64,000 nt of DNA, taken from NCBI GenBank assembly GCA_965601925.1, contig OZ271854.1, positions 4,064,001-4,128,000 on the forward strand, given 5' to 3'. Made by a program: the position numbers and the translations under genes. This DNA comes from Alkalispirochaeta sp. GTDB lineage: Bacteria; Spirochaetota; Spirochaetia; DSM-27196; Alkalispirochaetaceae. The number at the start of each line of letters is the position of its first letter. Position 1 is the first letter of the stretch. Below the pieces are notes generated by a model. The model did no database searches. It had not been told where the DNA came from and saw only the letters and a list, made by a program, of their open reading frames with translations. Of the stretch, positions 18,829 through 29,385 are shown in pieces.

Positions 18829-20994
18829 ATGAAGCGCGTGAACACTCGGCGACGAATCATCGGCCTGTTCGTACTACTCTCGGTCAGTGTAATGGGTGTG
18901 TTCGGTATTATCTCTCTCATGTTCCGAGACCTCGACGGGTTGGCGGCGGCGGTCAACGTTTCGGGAAGCCAGCGAATGCGGACGATTCTCCTCAGCGGCC
19001 TCGCAATCGAGTATTACCAGACGCTTCTGGAAGACGAACTCGACGGGGGAAATCGAGACGGAGAGCGCGATGCCCTCGTCGCCGCGGCCGATCGGGAGCT
19101 CGAGATCTACGACGCCTTCCTAACCGGCCTGCAGAACGGCGATGCGGAACGCACCATTATTCGCATCGACGACGCGGAAATCCAGGAGAAAATCGCTGCG
19201 TGGAGCACGCGATGGGAGCCCTTTCGACGGGACATCGTCGAGATACTTCGGTCGACGAACCCGGAAGAGATCGCGCGCCAAGCCCGCGAAGTCGACATCC
19301 TGACGGCGGACGCGCTCCGTCGCGAAATCAACGTGATCGTCGGCGATATTCAAGGCCTCGCCGATAGTGCGCTTGCGCGTATTTCGCTCATGTTCTCCGT
19401 GATCACCGGGGTGATCGTTCTACTCTCGGTGGTCGCGATATTGATGATACACCGCTCCCTTGCCCCACTCGGTCCGTTGGTAAAGCGGGTCGGCACATTG
19501 GGTGACGGAGACTTAAGTACATCGGTCGAGATCGATCGGCGCGACGAGATCGGAGAGCTCGGCGCGGGGTTCAACGGAGCGGTTGAGTCCTTTCGTGCGC
19601 TGCTCGAACGGGTGCAAAAGCGGACGTCGCAGAACGAGGAGGTCAACAGCGACCTTACGGCGCGTCTGGGTGTGACGCTGGGCGCCGCGGGGCGCATATC
19701 GCGCAACGCCGATCGGACGGATCGCAACTTCGAAGAGTTGGCCGCCTCGATCGAGACGGCGTCGCAGAACATGCAACGCATCAATACGCTCATCAGCGGA
19801 TTCTCAGAGAAGACCGCGGAGCAATCGAGTGCCGTGAGCCAGGCCACCTCGGCGATGGAGGAGATGTCGGCCTCCATCCAAAGCGTCAACCGTATCACCG
19901 CGGAGCGCATTTCGGGTTCCCAGGAACTCACTACGTTGATCGAGCGGGGAAGCGCGACGTGGTCCTCGACGATTTCGATGGTAGAGGCGATCGGAGCGCG
20001 TATGGACAGCATCCAGGAGATGATCGGCGTCATCAACGATGTGGCGGACCGCACCAACCTCTTGGCGATGAACGCGGCAATTGAGGCGGCCCACGCCGGG
20101 GAGTCGGGAAAAGGCTTCGCCGTTGTTGCGGCGGAAATCAGAAACCTCGCCGAATCGACGGCACAGAGCGCCAGACAGATCTCGGTCACCCTGCGCGAGC
20201 TGGTCGAACAGAGCGCCGCCGCGGTCTCATCCAGCTCCGAGAGCGGTGCCGCCTTCGAGCGCATTCGCGGCGGTGTCACCGAAACGGTGGGATCGTTCCG
20301 GGAGATCGGTCACAGCATGGAGGAGTTGAGCCTGGGCAGTACCCAAGTCGTTGAGGCGGCGGAGTCGCTCTTGGCTCTGGCCCAGACGATGCGGGACGAC
20401 GCGGTAAGCATGACCGACGACGCCGAGCGGACCGACGAAACCCTCGTCGCACTCACGAAGGCGTCGAAACACGTTCGTGACAACATGTCCACCATCAAGC
20501 ATGAGGTAAAAGAGGTGAACTTTGCGGTGGCGGAGATGAGCGAATCGGCGATGAAAAACATTCAGGGCGTCCAGGGCCTCATCGAGCAAATGGACACCTT
20601 CCGTATCTCCGAAGACGTTACGCGAGCATCCGTGATCGCCAAGGAGCGCGCGAACGTATCGCGAATTATCGCTACCCACGCCGATTGGGTGGCACGGGCC
20701 CGGGCATTCCTGGACGGTAAGCTCGATATCGATCCCACGACCCTTCTCGACCACCGGAGCTGTCAGTTGGGGAAATGGTTATCGGGACCCGGTAAGGACA
20801 TCGTCCGACGCTACGCCGATTACGACGCCCTCGATAGCGCGCACCAAGCGCTCCACGAAACGCTGAGAGTCATCGTCAACGGAACGGCGGCCGAGGCGGT
20901 GGAGGACGAGTATCGACGGCTTATCGACCAATCACAGGAGATCATCGCCATACTGTCGGACGTACGCACCGGTGTAGCGCAATCATCGAGCTGA
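18829..20994 (+). CDS. Methyl-accepting chemotaxis protein with PilJ/NarX-like sensor and C-terminal CZB domain
   Basis: [10 protein letters not shown] after TM1; [32 protein letters not shown]...[10 protein letters not shown]...HQALH. Confidence 0.9.
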   Translation: MKRVNTRRRIIGLFVLLSVSVMGVFGIISLMFRDLDGLAAAVNVSGSQRMRTILLSGLAIEYYQTLLEDELDGGNRDGERDALVAAADRELEIYDAFLTGLQNGDAERTIIRIDDAEIQEKIAAWSTRWEPFRRDIVEILRSTNPEEIARQAREVDILTADALRREINVIVGDIQGLADSALARISLMFSVITGVIVLLSVVAILMIHRSLAPLGPLVKRVGTLGDGDLSTSVEIDRRDEIGELGAGFNGAVESFRALLERVQKRTSQNEEVNSDLTARLGVTLGAAGRISRNADRTDRNFEELAASIETASQNMQRINTLISGFSEKTAEQSSAVSQATSAMEEMSASIQSVNRITAERISGSQELTTLIERGSATWSSTISMVEAIGARMDSIQEMIGVINDVADRTNLLAMNAAIEAAHAGESGKGFAVVAAEIRNLAESTAQSARQISVTLRELVEQSAAAVSSSSESGAAFERIRGGVTETVGSFREIGHSMEELSLGSTQVVEAAESLLALAQTMRDDAVSMTDDAERTDETLVALTKASKHVRDNMSTIKHEVKEVNFAVAEMSESAMKNIQGVQGLIEQMDTFRISEDVTRASVIAKERANVSRIIATHADWVARARAFLDGKLDIDPTTLLDHRSCQLGKWLSGPGKDIVRRYADYDALDSAHQALHETLRVIVNGTAAEAVEDEYRRLIDQSQEIIAILSDVRTGVAQSSS

Positions 20995-21129
20995 AGGCGT
21001 CGTTCCCCGGCCGAGCGTGCGGATGGGAGCCCTTCTCGGATGAGCCGTACCGGAACGACGAGGAGGGACGTTGATACGATAGCCGCCCGCGAAACGGATT
21101 CCGGTCGCATCGCGCGCGCGGCGCATGGG

Positions 21130-21729
21130 CTATTTTTGCGGCTTGTCGCCCTTGGTCCAACGATCGGCTGCCGAGGTGTATACCGGGTAGGCGCTCCAGG
21201 CGCCTTCGGCGTCTTGCTCGGCTACGTACGCGATCAAGCTATCCTCGTCCGAGGTGACGCTCATCTCAACTTCGAAGTTCCAAAGTTGCGTTCGGCTACT
21301 GCCGCGGTTATCGGTCGCCGTTCTCTGAGGTAGGTTATACGTGTACGCAATGTCACCAAGATAGACGATACTTGCCGGTCGTACGTCAAAATCAATACCG
21401 ACCGGACGAGAAACGGTGTACGTTATATCCGCAACGTCGGCCTCATATTCGTATCGAACGAGTCTATAAGACGCGCCGCCCTCGGCTGCAAACGAAACGT
21501 ATCCGTCGCTGGTCAGTACCCGGTGCGTCTGTCCGGTATCCCGATTTTCGAACTCCAATCGTACGCCTCTCGTGATCGTTCGAGGCCCCAGATTGAAGAA
21601 GCCGTCGGGATAGTCGAGCACGACGTTGGCCACAACGAGCGAATCCGTGTCGCTCTGCGGAGCGGGAAAGGTGGAGCAGGCCGAGAGCACTGCCACAATA
21701 CCGAGACCGATAGCAATACATCGTTTCAT
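21130..21729 (-). CDS. Hypothetical lipoprotein
   Basis: MKR start, hydrophobic stretch, LSAC lipobox. Confidence 0.75.
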   Translation of the reverse strand: MKRCIAIGLGIVAVLSACSTFPAPQSDTDSLVVANVVLDYPDGFFNLGPRTITRGVRLEFENRDTGQTHRVLTSDGYVSFAAEGGASYRLVRYEYEADVADITYTVSRPVGIDFDVRPASIVYLGDIAYTYNLPQRTATDNRGSSRTQLWNFEVEMSVTSDEDSLIAYVAEQDAEGAWSAYPVYTSAADRWTKGDKPQK

Positions 21730-21834
21730 ACGCGTTTCTCCCATTGAGCAAATACTGTAAAGGATTTGTCCAATACAATATCACACCGGGAGAAAACACG
21801 CTACTCTTTTGCGCCCGAGTATCGAGCACCCACG

Positions 21835-23490
21835 CTACGCGTGGGCTCGGTTGTATGCACTGACCAAGGCGTTAATTCCCGCGGTATCGATGGAGGCGTG
21901 GATGCCCGCCCCCCACACCGTTCCGCCGCCGTGGAGCTCGATCTGGACGTAGGCAACCGCCTCGGTATCCGCGCCGCTCCCGATGGCGTGCTCGTGGAAA
22001 TCGACCAGATCGAAGTCCTTCCACCCCCGTCCCTCCAGGGCGTGGACAACAGCGCTGATCGGACCGTTGCCCTCCCCGTGTATCGCCGTATCCGTGCCGT
22101 CGTATCGCACGGTCGTGTCACAAACCATCCGTCCGTCGTCGAGGTACGAAAAGGACATCTTGCCCATCTCCAGCGGTGTGCGACGCTGGAGAAACTCGCG
22201 ATTGAACGCCTCGTAGATCTCGTGATTGGTAAGTTCCCGCCCTTGCTCGTCGGCGATCTTGTTGATGAGCGTACCCAGGTCGGGATGCATCGACTTGGGA
22301 AGCTCAAACCCGAAGTCCCGCGACATCACGTAGGCGACGCCGCCCTTCCCGCTTTGGCTGTTAATGCGCACGATGGCGTCGTAGGTGCGCCCGATATCCT
22401 TGGGGTCTATGTGAAGATACGGCACTTCCCACGGTGCGTCGGGGTCGTTGGTTGCCCCTCGACGGTCCATACCCTTCTTGATCGCGTCCTGGTGGGAACC
22501 GGAGAAGGCGGTGAAGACGAGCTCCCCCGAGTACGGCTGACGCTGCGGCACGCCCATCCGAGTGCATCGCTCGTACACCCGGCGAATCTTCGGCAGGTCG
22601 GAGAAGTCCAATCCGGGATCGATTCCGTCGGCCATACGATTGAGCGCGACGGTCACGATATCGAGGTTTCCCGTGCGTTCGCCGTTACCGAAGAGCGTGC
22701 CCTCCACCCGGTCGGCGCCGGCCATCAAGCCGAGTTCGGTCGCCGCTACCCCGGTGCCGCGGTCGTTGTGAGTGTGGAGGCTGATGATCGCCAGATCGCG
22801 GTGTTTCATGGTACGACAGAACCACTCGATCTGATCCGCGTGGCGGTTGAAGGGGATCCACTCCACCGTGTCCGGGAGGTTCAGAATAATCTTATTCTCC
22901 GGGGTGGGGTCCCAGACCTCCATGACCGCCTCGCACACCTCCAGCGCGTAGTCGGTCTCGGTATCGGAGAAGCTCTCGGGTGAATACTCAAACCGTACGT
23001 CGGTCCCCTTCAGGGTCGGGGCCAACGACTTCACCAGCTTCGTTCCATTTACGGCGATCGCCTTGATCTCTTCGCGGTCCATCCCGAAGGTCACCTTGCG
23101 CTGCAACGCCGAGGTGGAGTTATACAGGTGCATGATGACCTTCGACGCCCCTTGTACGCTCTCGAAGGTTCGGCGGATGAGGTGGTCCCGCGCCTGGGTG
23201 AGCACCTGGATGTACACGTCGTCGGGGATGCGTTTTTCATCGATGAGGGTCCGCACGAAATCGAACTCGATCTGTGACGCCGACGGAAAACCGACCTCGA
23301 TCTCCTTGAATCCCACCTCCACGAGAAGGTCGAACATCTCAAGCTTTTCCTTGACGCTCATGGGAACGGCCAACGCTTGGTTGCCGTCGCGGAGGTCTAC
23401 ACTGCACCACGCCGGGGACGCGGTGATGCTCGCGCTCGGCCAGCTGCGATCGGCGAGCTCAACGGTTTGAAAGGGCTTGTACTTCGGCAT
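21835..23490 (-). CDS. leuA: 2-isopropylmalate synthase
   Basis: SVDLRDGNQAL, EYSPESF, HTHNDRG, GNGERTGN, SGSHQDAI; GAGGAG RBS. Confidence 0.97.
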   Translation of the reverse strand: MPKYKPFQTVELADRSWPSASITASPAWCSVDLRDGNQALAVPMSVKEKLEMFDLLVEVGFKEIEVGFPSASQIEFDFVRTLIDEKRIPDDVYIQVLTQARDHLIRRTFESVQGASKVIMHLYNSTSALQRKVTFGMDREEIKAIAVNGTKLVKSLAPTLKGTDVRFEYSPESFSDTETDYALEVCEAVMEVWDPTPENKIILNLPDTVEWIPFNRHADQIEWFCRTMKHRDLAIISLHTHNDRGTGVAATELGLMAGADRVEGTLFGNGERTGNLDIVTVALNRMADGIDPGLDFSDLPKIRRVYERCTRMGVPQRQPYSGELVFTAFSGSHQDAIKKGMDRRGATNDPDAPWEVPYLHIDPKDIGRTYDAIVRINSQSGKGGVAYVMSRDFGFELPKSMHPDLGTLINKIADEQGRELTNHEIYEAFNREFLQRRTPLEMGKMSFSYLDDGRMVCDTTVRYDGTDTAIHGEGNGPISAVVHALEGRGWKDFDLVDFHEHAIGSGADTEAVAYVQIELHGGGTVWGAGIHASIDTAGINALVSAYNRAHA

Positions 23491-23527
23491 TTGTCTCCTC
23501 CTCGTGCCGTGTGGTTGTGCGACGCAC

Positions 23528-23567
23528 AAAAAAAGCCCGCTATCGAGGGACCTCAATAGCGGGCTTT
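23528..23567 (-). terminator. Attenuator terminator upstream of leuA
   Basis: AAAGCCCGCTAT...ATAGCGGGCTTT stem followed by a T run on the minus strand. Confidence 0.85.
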
Positions 23568-23591
23568 CGCCGACGCTCAGGCGGACGCGAC

Positions 23592-23699
23592 CTACGGTCG
23601 TGTACGCCGATCAAGCTCCCTACGGGCGGATACCCCGGATAGACCGAGATGTAGACTTAGTAGGGAGATGGTGTACGGTCGGCAGTGCGGCAAACTCAT
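23592..23699 (-). CDS. Leu leader peptide, 35 aa (MSLPHCRPYTISLLSLHLGLSGVSARRELDRRTRP)
   Basis: Cluster CTA CTA AGT CTA CAT CTC GGT CTA of Leu codons (CTA rare in GC-rich DNA) directly before the terminator. Confidence 0.8.
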   Translation of the reverse strand: MSLPHCRPYTISLLSLHLGLSGVSARRELDRRTRP

Positions 23700-23707
23700 T
23701 GTCGACA

Positions 23708-23736
23708 ACAGTAGTCCGGTATATGGCGGATGTCAA
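23708..23736 (-). promoter_or_regulatory. Sigma70 promoter of leu leader
   Basis: TTGACA-17 bp-TACTGT. Confidence 0.75.
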
Positions 23737-24257
23737 GCACATTTCCGAGAAAATCGGTCCCGGACCGTCTGTGGCGCGAGAGATATCAAAGGGCGGGCGA
23801 TAACCGGACGCGACGGAAACGTTGTGCGGTGCTTACGGTGCCTTGCCCGCGTGCAGCCGGCGCGCTTGGCATGTTCGTTGGCACGTTCTGCGGGACGTTC
23901 AACGCCGAGAAAGCGGTACATTGACACCGCAACATCTTAGAGCGGACAAGCTCGAGACCCTCAAGGCGGAGCTGGAGCGCGATCACTCGATTCGTGCCAC
24001 GGTGGGGGAAAACTAAGCGTAATCTCCGGTTTGACCCTTTTCCAGCGCGCAATGATGGCCACGCTTCCGATTACGCCGAAGCGCACGCTTCTGAAACAGA
24101 TTCGCCGGATGCAGAAGATCACGGGGTAGCTCAACGACCACCGGGTTGCAGTACACGAACGAGTGGTTGCAGGAGGTGGGAATATCGGGTTGGGGTCTTC
24201 CCTTTTGCGGTGATATGCTACGCGAGTCCACCCGCGCAGGGCGGGTAAGGAGGGGCG

Positions 24258-25607
24258 ATGGCAAGCTACGACCGGCGAGACGATTTTCCCGCGGACTTTC
24301 TCTGGGGCGTGGCGACTGCGAGCTACCAAGTGGAGGGCGCCGTAGATGAAGACGGACGCAAGCCGTCGATCTGGGATACCTACTGTCGCACGCCGGGGAA
24401 GATAGCCCATGGTCACACCGGCGACGTGGCGGCGGACCAGTACCACCGCTACCGAGAGGATGTAGAGCTCATGGGGCAACTTGGCGTCGGGGCGTACCGT
24501 TTCTCCATGGCGTGGCCGCGGATCATCCCCGACGGCCGCGGAGCGGTCAACGAGCGCGGCCTCGACTACTACAAACACCTCATCGGTGCGCTCCGGGAGG
24601 CGAGCATCGAGCCGGTGGTGACACTCTACCACTGGGACCTACCGCAATCGTTGGAGGATGGCGGCGGCTGGCGCAACCGCGAGACGGCTTACGCCTTTGC
24701 GGAGTATGCAGCGGCGTGCTTCGACCACTTTCCCGAGGTGACGCGGTGGATCACTCTCAACGAGCCGTATTGCAGCTCGGTGTTGGGCTACTATATAGGC
24801 CGCCACGCCCCGGGGCTCCGGGACCACGATGCGGCGATGGGGGCGCTCCACCACCTCCTGCTGGGCCACGGTCTGGCGGTAGAGCGCTTTCGGGGACGGG
24901 ACGGCGAGATCGGCATCACCCTCAATATGACCACCCCGCGCCCCGCCACGGCGAATCCCCGTGACGTCCATGCGGCAGATCGTGCCGCGGACCTCACGAC
25001 GCGCATGTTCCTCGATCCTCTCTTCGGCCGCGGATATTGCGACCGCTACCTCGAGACCTACAACCTCACCATGCCGGTGCAGTCGGGCGACCTCGATATC
25101 GTCGCTTCCCCGATCGATTTTCTGGGGATCAACTACTATTGGGAGGATGCGGTACGCCACGACTCCGACCATCCCGAAGGGTTCGGCGTGGCACCGACCT
25201 ACCACGAGCGCACCACCCGCGAGTGGCCGGTGACTCCCGAAGGCCTCATACGCCACCTGCGCCGGGTCCGCGAGACGACCGGCGACCTCCCCCTCTACAT
25301 CACCGAGAACGGTATGTCCTTGGACGATACCCTCACCGACGGCGCTACGGCGTGCAACGACCGGCGACGCATCGACTATCTGGCGACGCACTTGGCGGTG
25401 TGCCGCCGAGCGATCGACGAGGGCATACCGCTCAAGGGGTACTTTCTGTGGAGCTTCATCGATAACTTCGAGTGGTCCTTCGGGTACGAGAAGCGCTTCG
25501 GTATCGTCTACTGCGACTTCACCGACGGTCGCCGAGTGCCTAAGGACAGCTTTTACTACTATCGCGATGTGATCGCCGGAACCGAACCGGTGGGAAATCC
25601 CGGGTAG
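24258..25607 (+). CDS. GH1 beta-glucosidase
   Basis: FLWGVATASYQVEG, TLNEP, YITENG, WSFIDNFEW. Confidence 0.96.
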   Translation: MASYDRRDDFPADFLWGVATASYQVEGAVDEDGRKPSIWDTYCRTPGKIAHGHTGDVAADQYHRYREDVELMGQLGVGAYRFSMAWPRIIPDGRGAVNERGLDYYKHLIGALREASIEPVVTLYHWDLPQSLEDGGGWRNRETAYAFAEYAAACFDHFPEVTRWITLNEPYCSSVLGYYIGRHAPGLRDHDAAMGALHHLLLGHGLAVERFRGRDGEIGITLNMTTPRPATANPRDVHAADRAADLTTRMFLDPLFGRGYCDRYLETYNLTMPVQSGDLDIVASPIDFLGINYYWEDAVRHDSDHPEGFGVAPTYHERTTREWPVTPEGLIRHLRRVRETTGDLPLYITENGMSLDDTLTDGATACNDRRRIDYLATHLAVCRRAIDEGIPLKGYFLWSFIDNFEWSFGYEKRFGIVYCDFTDGRRVPKDSFYYYRDVIAGTEPVGNPG

Positions 25608-25788
25608 CGCGACGAGCCCGGAAGAGCGCACGGTCGCGCTCAGACAGGCGCACGGTCGCGTCTGGAAAGACGCACGGTCGCGTCTGGGTGGCGACCGGGA
25701 GCGCGTTGCGATACCGTGGCTCTATGAGCTCGACATTCATCGTCGACGTCGGCGGCGCTGCGATCCACGGCGAACGGACCGGTGCGGG
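25576..25788 (+). repeat. Direct repeat copy 1 (GH1 3' end, three 22-bp units, hydrolase 5' stub)
   Basis: Aligns by eye with 27924-28093; includes stub ORF 25724-25804 MSSTFIVDVGGAAIHGERTGAGTLPS. Confidence 0.9.
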
Positions 25789-26078
25789 CACGTTGCCCTC
25801 TTGAACTTCTCCCTGAACCGTCACAGTAGAAGAGGGAGAAGATCACCTCCGCGACAACACGATGTCTTTCATAGCTTCAGCGGGCGATGCGCGCTTCGAG
25901 CCCCAACGCTCACCGGTGCCCATCGTACTGGTTTGTATGGGCTACGCTCTTAGTATTCATAAAAAAACGTTGTGAAGTGGCGAATATCGTGTTACGTACA
26001 TAGAAGTACTCTTTCAGGATTATGTCGAAATCATAGGTGCCGTGAGGCACCGATTATATCGCAAGAAGGAGTGTACCC

Positions 26079-27851
26079 ATGAAAATGAATCGATCCGCTT
26101 TAAAAAGCATCGTCCGCACGATGATCGGTATTACCGTGGTCATCGGGTTCGCCGCTTGTAGCTTCGGCGGTAGCGGAGACGGTGGCGGTAGCCCGTCGGA
26201 CTCTCCGGCGTCCCGTACCCTTCGGGACATGCCGGAGATCGAAGCGCAACTCCCGGCAAGCCTGGCGAGCGGCGGCACGACGGGGTCCGGCTCAGTTGCC
26301 GCGGCGGCGGTCGACGACGTCACGGAGGTGGTTGCGTCACAGATCCCGGACGTCAAAGCGCAGGGATGGTACGACATGAAGGACGCCGCGGGGCTGGACT
26401 TCCTCACCGAAGCGTTTGTCGACGAACTGCGTGAGATCGCGGACGAGCGCGCCCTCGACTTCAACACCGTGTACACGATCGGCCAACGCGATTTCGTTGA
26501 CGGACAGTACGATTTGGGGCGATTGAAACTGCTCGGATCCGAAAACGACATGACCGTGTACTGGTTCGCCCGCCCGTTCCCCGGCACCGGATTCTGGGCG
26601 CGCATTCACATCGTCAAGTCGGGAGACGACTGGAGCGTAACCGCGACGATGAACCAGTACAGCGACGCTTCCAGCGGATGGGGCGAATCGACCCTCTTGA
26701 GCTACGCCGACTTCGACACCGCAACCGGTGAGTCGCTCTTGCTTCTCGATGACACCTTCACCGATCCGGGATTCGGCACCGAGCGGTGGCAGGAGATCAC
26801 CGTGAGCGTCCCCAACAGCGACGGATCGCTGACCGTGCTCTCCGAATACGCCCTCGACGGCGACGCGGGGTGGAGCGAAATGCGCATCGGCTGGGGCGAC
26901 GACTCGATGGGCGGCGTACTCGGCATCGGTGAAGACGGAAGCTCAGCGTTCAAGGAGTTCTACGACGGTAACGGCAGCCTCCTACAACAGAGTTGGGGAT
27001 ACGACTCGCTCTTGGCGGGCGGTATCAGTTGGATCGAGTCGGAGGGCTTCAACTTAGCGGACGTCGCCGGTTTTAGTCCGGCTCCAAACACGGTGTACGT
27101 CTTCTCCGTATGGAACGGGGTCAACGACGCGCGGTATGTGAGCGCGGATAATGCATTGGACGTCGTCACCGACACCGAAATCGGTCAGACGTGGGGGCTC
27201 TACTATAAGGGCGGCGATTTCTGGGCCAGCGGCGATGCGCTTTACAACTGGAACAGCGGCGACGCGTACGACGACGGCGATCTCAGCACATGGGTCTGGC
27301 GAGAGGAGTATACGCTAGGCTACCAGGTTCCGACGGCTGATTCGTTCTTCGGCGGTTCGTACTACTTCGAGGACCGCTACCCGTTCAAGCACCTTCTTCC
27401 CCTCGTCGACCCCTTCGCCGGCAATACGGTACGGAAGAAAGAGGGAGAGACCTTTTCGGACTCCTGGATCGACGAAGACAGCGGCGAGACCGAAACCTGG
27501 TCCTGGACCGACTACCAGTACTTCATAGACGTCGACGACGATGGCGCGTTGGACCCCGGAGGCGAGAACCCCGACGTCATCTTAGACGGCGTCTGGATGA
27601 GTGAAAACTGGGTGTGGGATAGCGCCAACCAGCAAGAAATCAAGGTACGAGCGCCGTTTCTCACGACGACGGGCGGCAACCTCCCCGGTTACTTCGACTT
27701 CGTGGAAGCCAATCAGGAGATCGTAGACGCCGTGGAGTTGCGCATCACCGATATCTACGACACCGATTTCGCCGGTCTTTCCTTTGACGCGTATAGCTCC
27801 AACCTGGAAGATATACGCAACGCACCGGAGTTCGACGACGTCGAGTTTTGA
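26079..27851 (+). CDS. Large acidic lipoprotein of unknown function
   Basis: AAGGAG RBS, FAAC lipobox, G/S linker, D/E/W/Y-rich. Confidence 0.85.
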   Translation: MKMNRSALKSIVRTMIGITVVIGFAACSFGGSGDGGGSPSDSPASRTLRDMPEIEAQLPASLASGGTTGSGSVAAAAVDDVTEVVASQIPDVKAQGWYDMKDAAGLDFLTEAFVDELREIADERALDFNTVYTIGQRDFVDGQYDLGRLKLLGSENDMTVYWFARPFPGTGFWARIHIVKSGDDWSVTATMNQYSDASSGWGESTLLSYADFDTATGESLLLLDDTFTDPGFGTERWQEITVSVPNSDGSLTVLSEYALDGDAGWSEMRIGWGDDSMGGVLGIGEDGSSAFKEFYDGNGSLLQQSWGYDSLLAGGISWIESEGFNLADVAGFSPAPNTVYVFSVWNGVNDARYVSADNALDVVTDTEIGQTWGLYYKGGDFWASGDALYNWNSGDAYDDGDLSTWVWREEYTLGYQVPTADSFFGGSYYFEDRYPFKHLLPLVDPFAGNTVRKKEGETFSDSWIDEDSGETETWSWTDYQYFIDVDDDGALDPGGENPDVILDGVWMSENWVWDSANQQEIKVRAPFLTTTGGNLPGYFDFVEANQEIVDAVELRITDIYDTDFAGLSFDAYSSNLEDIRNAPEFDDVEF

Positions 27852-27878
27852 GTGATTGGAACGCGATTTTGACAGTAT

Positions 27879-27904
27879 AAGGGTCCCATTCGGGGCCCTT
27901 TTTT
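27879..27904 (+). terminator. Intrinsic terminator
   Basis: AAGGGTCCC-ATTC-GGGGCCCTT then T run. Confidence 0.8.
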
Positions 27905-27923
27905 CATATGGAAGGATCGACGA

Positions 27924-28093
27924 CCGGAGCGAACCGGTGGGGAACCCCCGGGTCGTACGGTCGCGCTCAGACAGGCGCACGGTCGCGCCTGGGTGGCGGC
28001 CGAGGGCGCTTTGCGATACTGTGGCTCTATGAGCTCGACATTCATCGTCGAAGTCAACGGCGCGACGATACACGGCGAACGGACCGGTACGGG
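27924..28093 (+). repeat. Direct repeat copy 2 (two 22-bp units plus true hydrolase start)
   Basis: Aligns with 25576-25788. Confidence 0.9.
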
Positions 28094-28841
28094 TCCTACC
28101 CTCCTCTGTCTCCACGCCGGGGTCGCCGACACACGGATGTGGCGTGCGCAAATGGTTGGCCTCGGCGATGCGTTTCAGGTGACGTCCTACGACAGACGGG
28201 GGTACGGGAAGACCACGACGCCGGACGAGCCCTTCTCCCACATCGAGGATCTGGAGGCGGTGGTGGACCACCTCGGCGGTGAGGCGGTCTCACTCGTCGG
28301 CGCCTCGCAAGGAGGGCGTGTGGCCGTAGATTTCGCCCTCGCCTTCCCGGACCGCGTGCGTTCTCTCTTTCTCATCGGTCCGGCACTCAGCGGTGCCCCC
28401 TCACCCGACGCCTTCCCCACGCTGATCCGGGAACGCCTCGATCGGCTGGATGCGGCCGAGGCGGCCGACGACATAGATGCGGTGAACGAGATCGAGGCGA
28501 TCCTCTGGCTCGACGGGCCTGAGCAGGCCGAAGGTCGGGTCTCCGGGCCGCTGCGCCGAACCTTCCTCGAGATGAACCGCATTGCCCTGGAGGCACCGGA
28601 GCTCACGCAGGAGCGCGAGCCGGAGTCGGCGATGGCGCACCTGGGAAACCTCACGACGGCGACGTACGTAGTGTGGGGCGCCCTGGACTTTCCGCACATC
28701 GCCGAACGGTGCCGCCGCCTCGTCGATACGCTCCCTAACGCGTCGGGGCACGAGATACCGGGCTGCGCCCACCTGCCGAGCTACGAGCGACCGGAGGTGG
28801 TGAATCCGTTGATTCGCAGGTTGTGCGGAGAGGTGGAATGA
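28029..28841 (+). CDS. Alpha/beta hydrolase
   Basis: LHAG, YDRRGYG, GASQGG nucleophile, WGALD, AHLPSYERP. Confidence 0.9.
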   Translation: MSSTFIVEVNGATIHGERTGTGPTLLCLHAGVADTRMWRAQMVGLGDAFQVTSYDRRGYGKTTTPDEPFSHIEDLEAVVDHLGGEAVSLVGASQGGRVAVDFALAFPDRVRSLFLIGPALSGAPSPDAFPTLIRERLDRLDAAEAADDIDAVNEIEAILWLDGPEQAEGRVSGPLRRTFLEMNRIALEAPELTQEREPESAMAHLGNLTTATYVVWGALDFPHIAERCRRLVDTLPNASGHEIPGCAHLPSYERPEVVNPLIRRLCGEVE

Positions 28842-28884
28842 AAAGATGTGCCGACCGGTAGTAAAACCGATGTGAGAGACGATC

Positions 28885-29385
28885 GTGGACGCTCCGGCTT
28901 TTTTCGTGACGATAATGCATCTGGCCGTCTCTCCGTTGGTGATCATCGGAGTGATAGGCATCGGGGAACTCATCGTGGTGCTGCGGTTCGCGACGAAACG
29001 CGGCAGAACGTTCCACAAGAGCGAACATCGAAGCGTGCTCCCATTCGTCGGCATGGGTGCGACCGTCGTATTCGTGAGTTATCTATCCCTCAGGTCTGAA
29101 AGCAACGTTATAACGACAGTCATTACTCTTGCCGCGACTTCATTGCCCATACTGCCGTTTGCACTTCGCGCGGCATTCGGCGGCATCTACGAGCATATGA
29201 TCGTCTCGAGCGAGTACATCTGCACATGGGATACGATTGAGCGCTATGAAATCGACCGGGACACTTTCAGGCTAACCCATAGGACAAAGGGCGCCGCAGA
29301 GTTCCGGATGAACCCGGCGGAGCTCGCCACGACACGTCGGGAGGCGGATAGAATACTGGGCCGACCCGGAGACGAGACGCGGTGA
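28885..29385 (+). CDS. Hypothetical membrane protein
   Basis: Three hydrophobic segments and a soluble C-terminal tail. Confidence 0.6.
   Translation: MDAPAFFVTIMHLAVSPLVIIGVIGIGELIVVLRFATKRGRTFHKSEHRSVLPFVGMGATVVFVSYLSLRSESNVITTVITLAATSLPILPFALRAAFGGIYEHMIVSSEYICTWDTIERYEIDRDTFRLTHRTKGAAEFRMNPAELATTRREADRILGRPGDETR

Noticed and set aside
23491..23556. 5' extensions in the ORF track (leuA, ptsP, dctP, gldA-like, transketolase C, ligase subunits)
   Set aside because: Extensions overlap neighbours or regulatory RNA; internal starts match family N-termini and mostly have RBS
23760..24250. Gene or ncRNA between leuA and GH1
   Set aside because: Only short coding-like fragments; no recognisable family or RNA motif
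25627..25690. CRISPR array
   Set aside because: 22-bp period leaves no room for unique spacers; only 2-3 units; no cas genes
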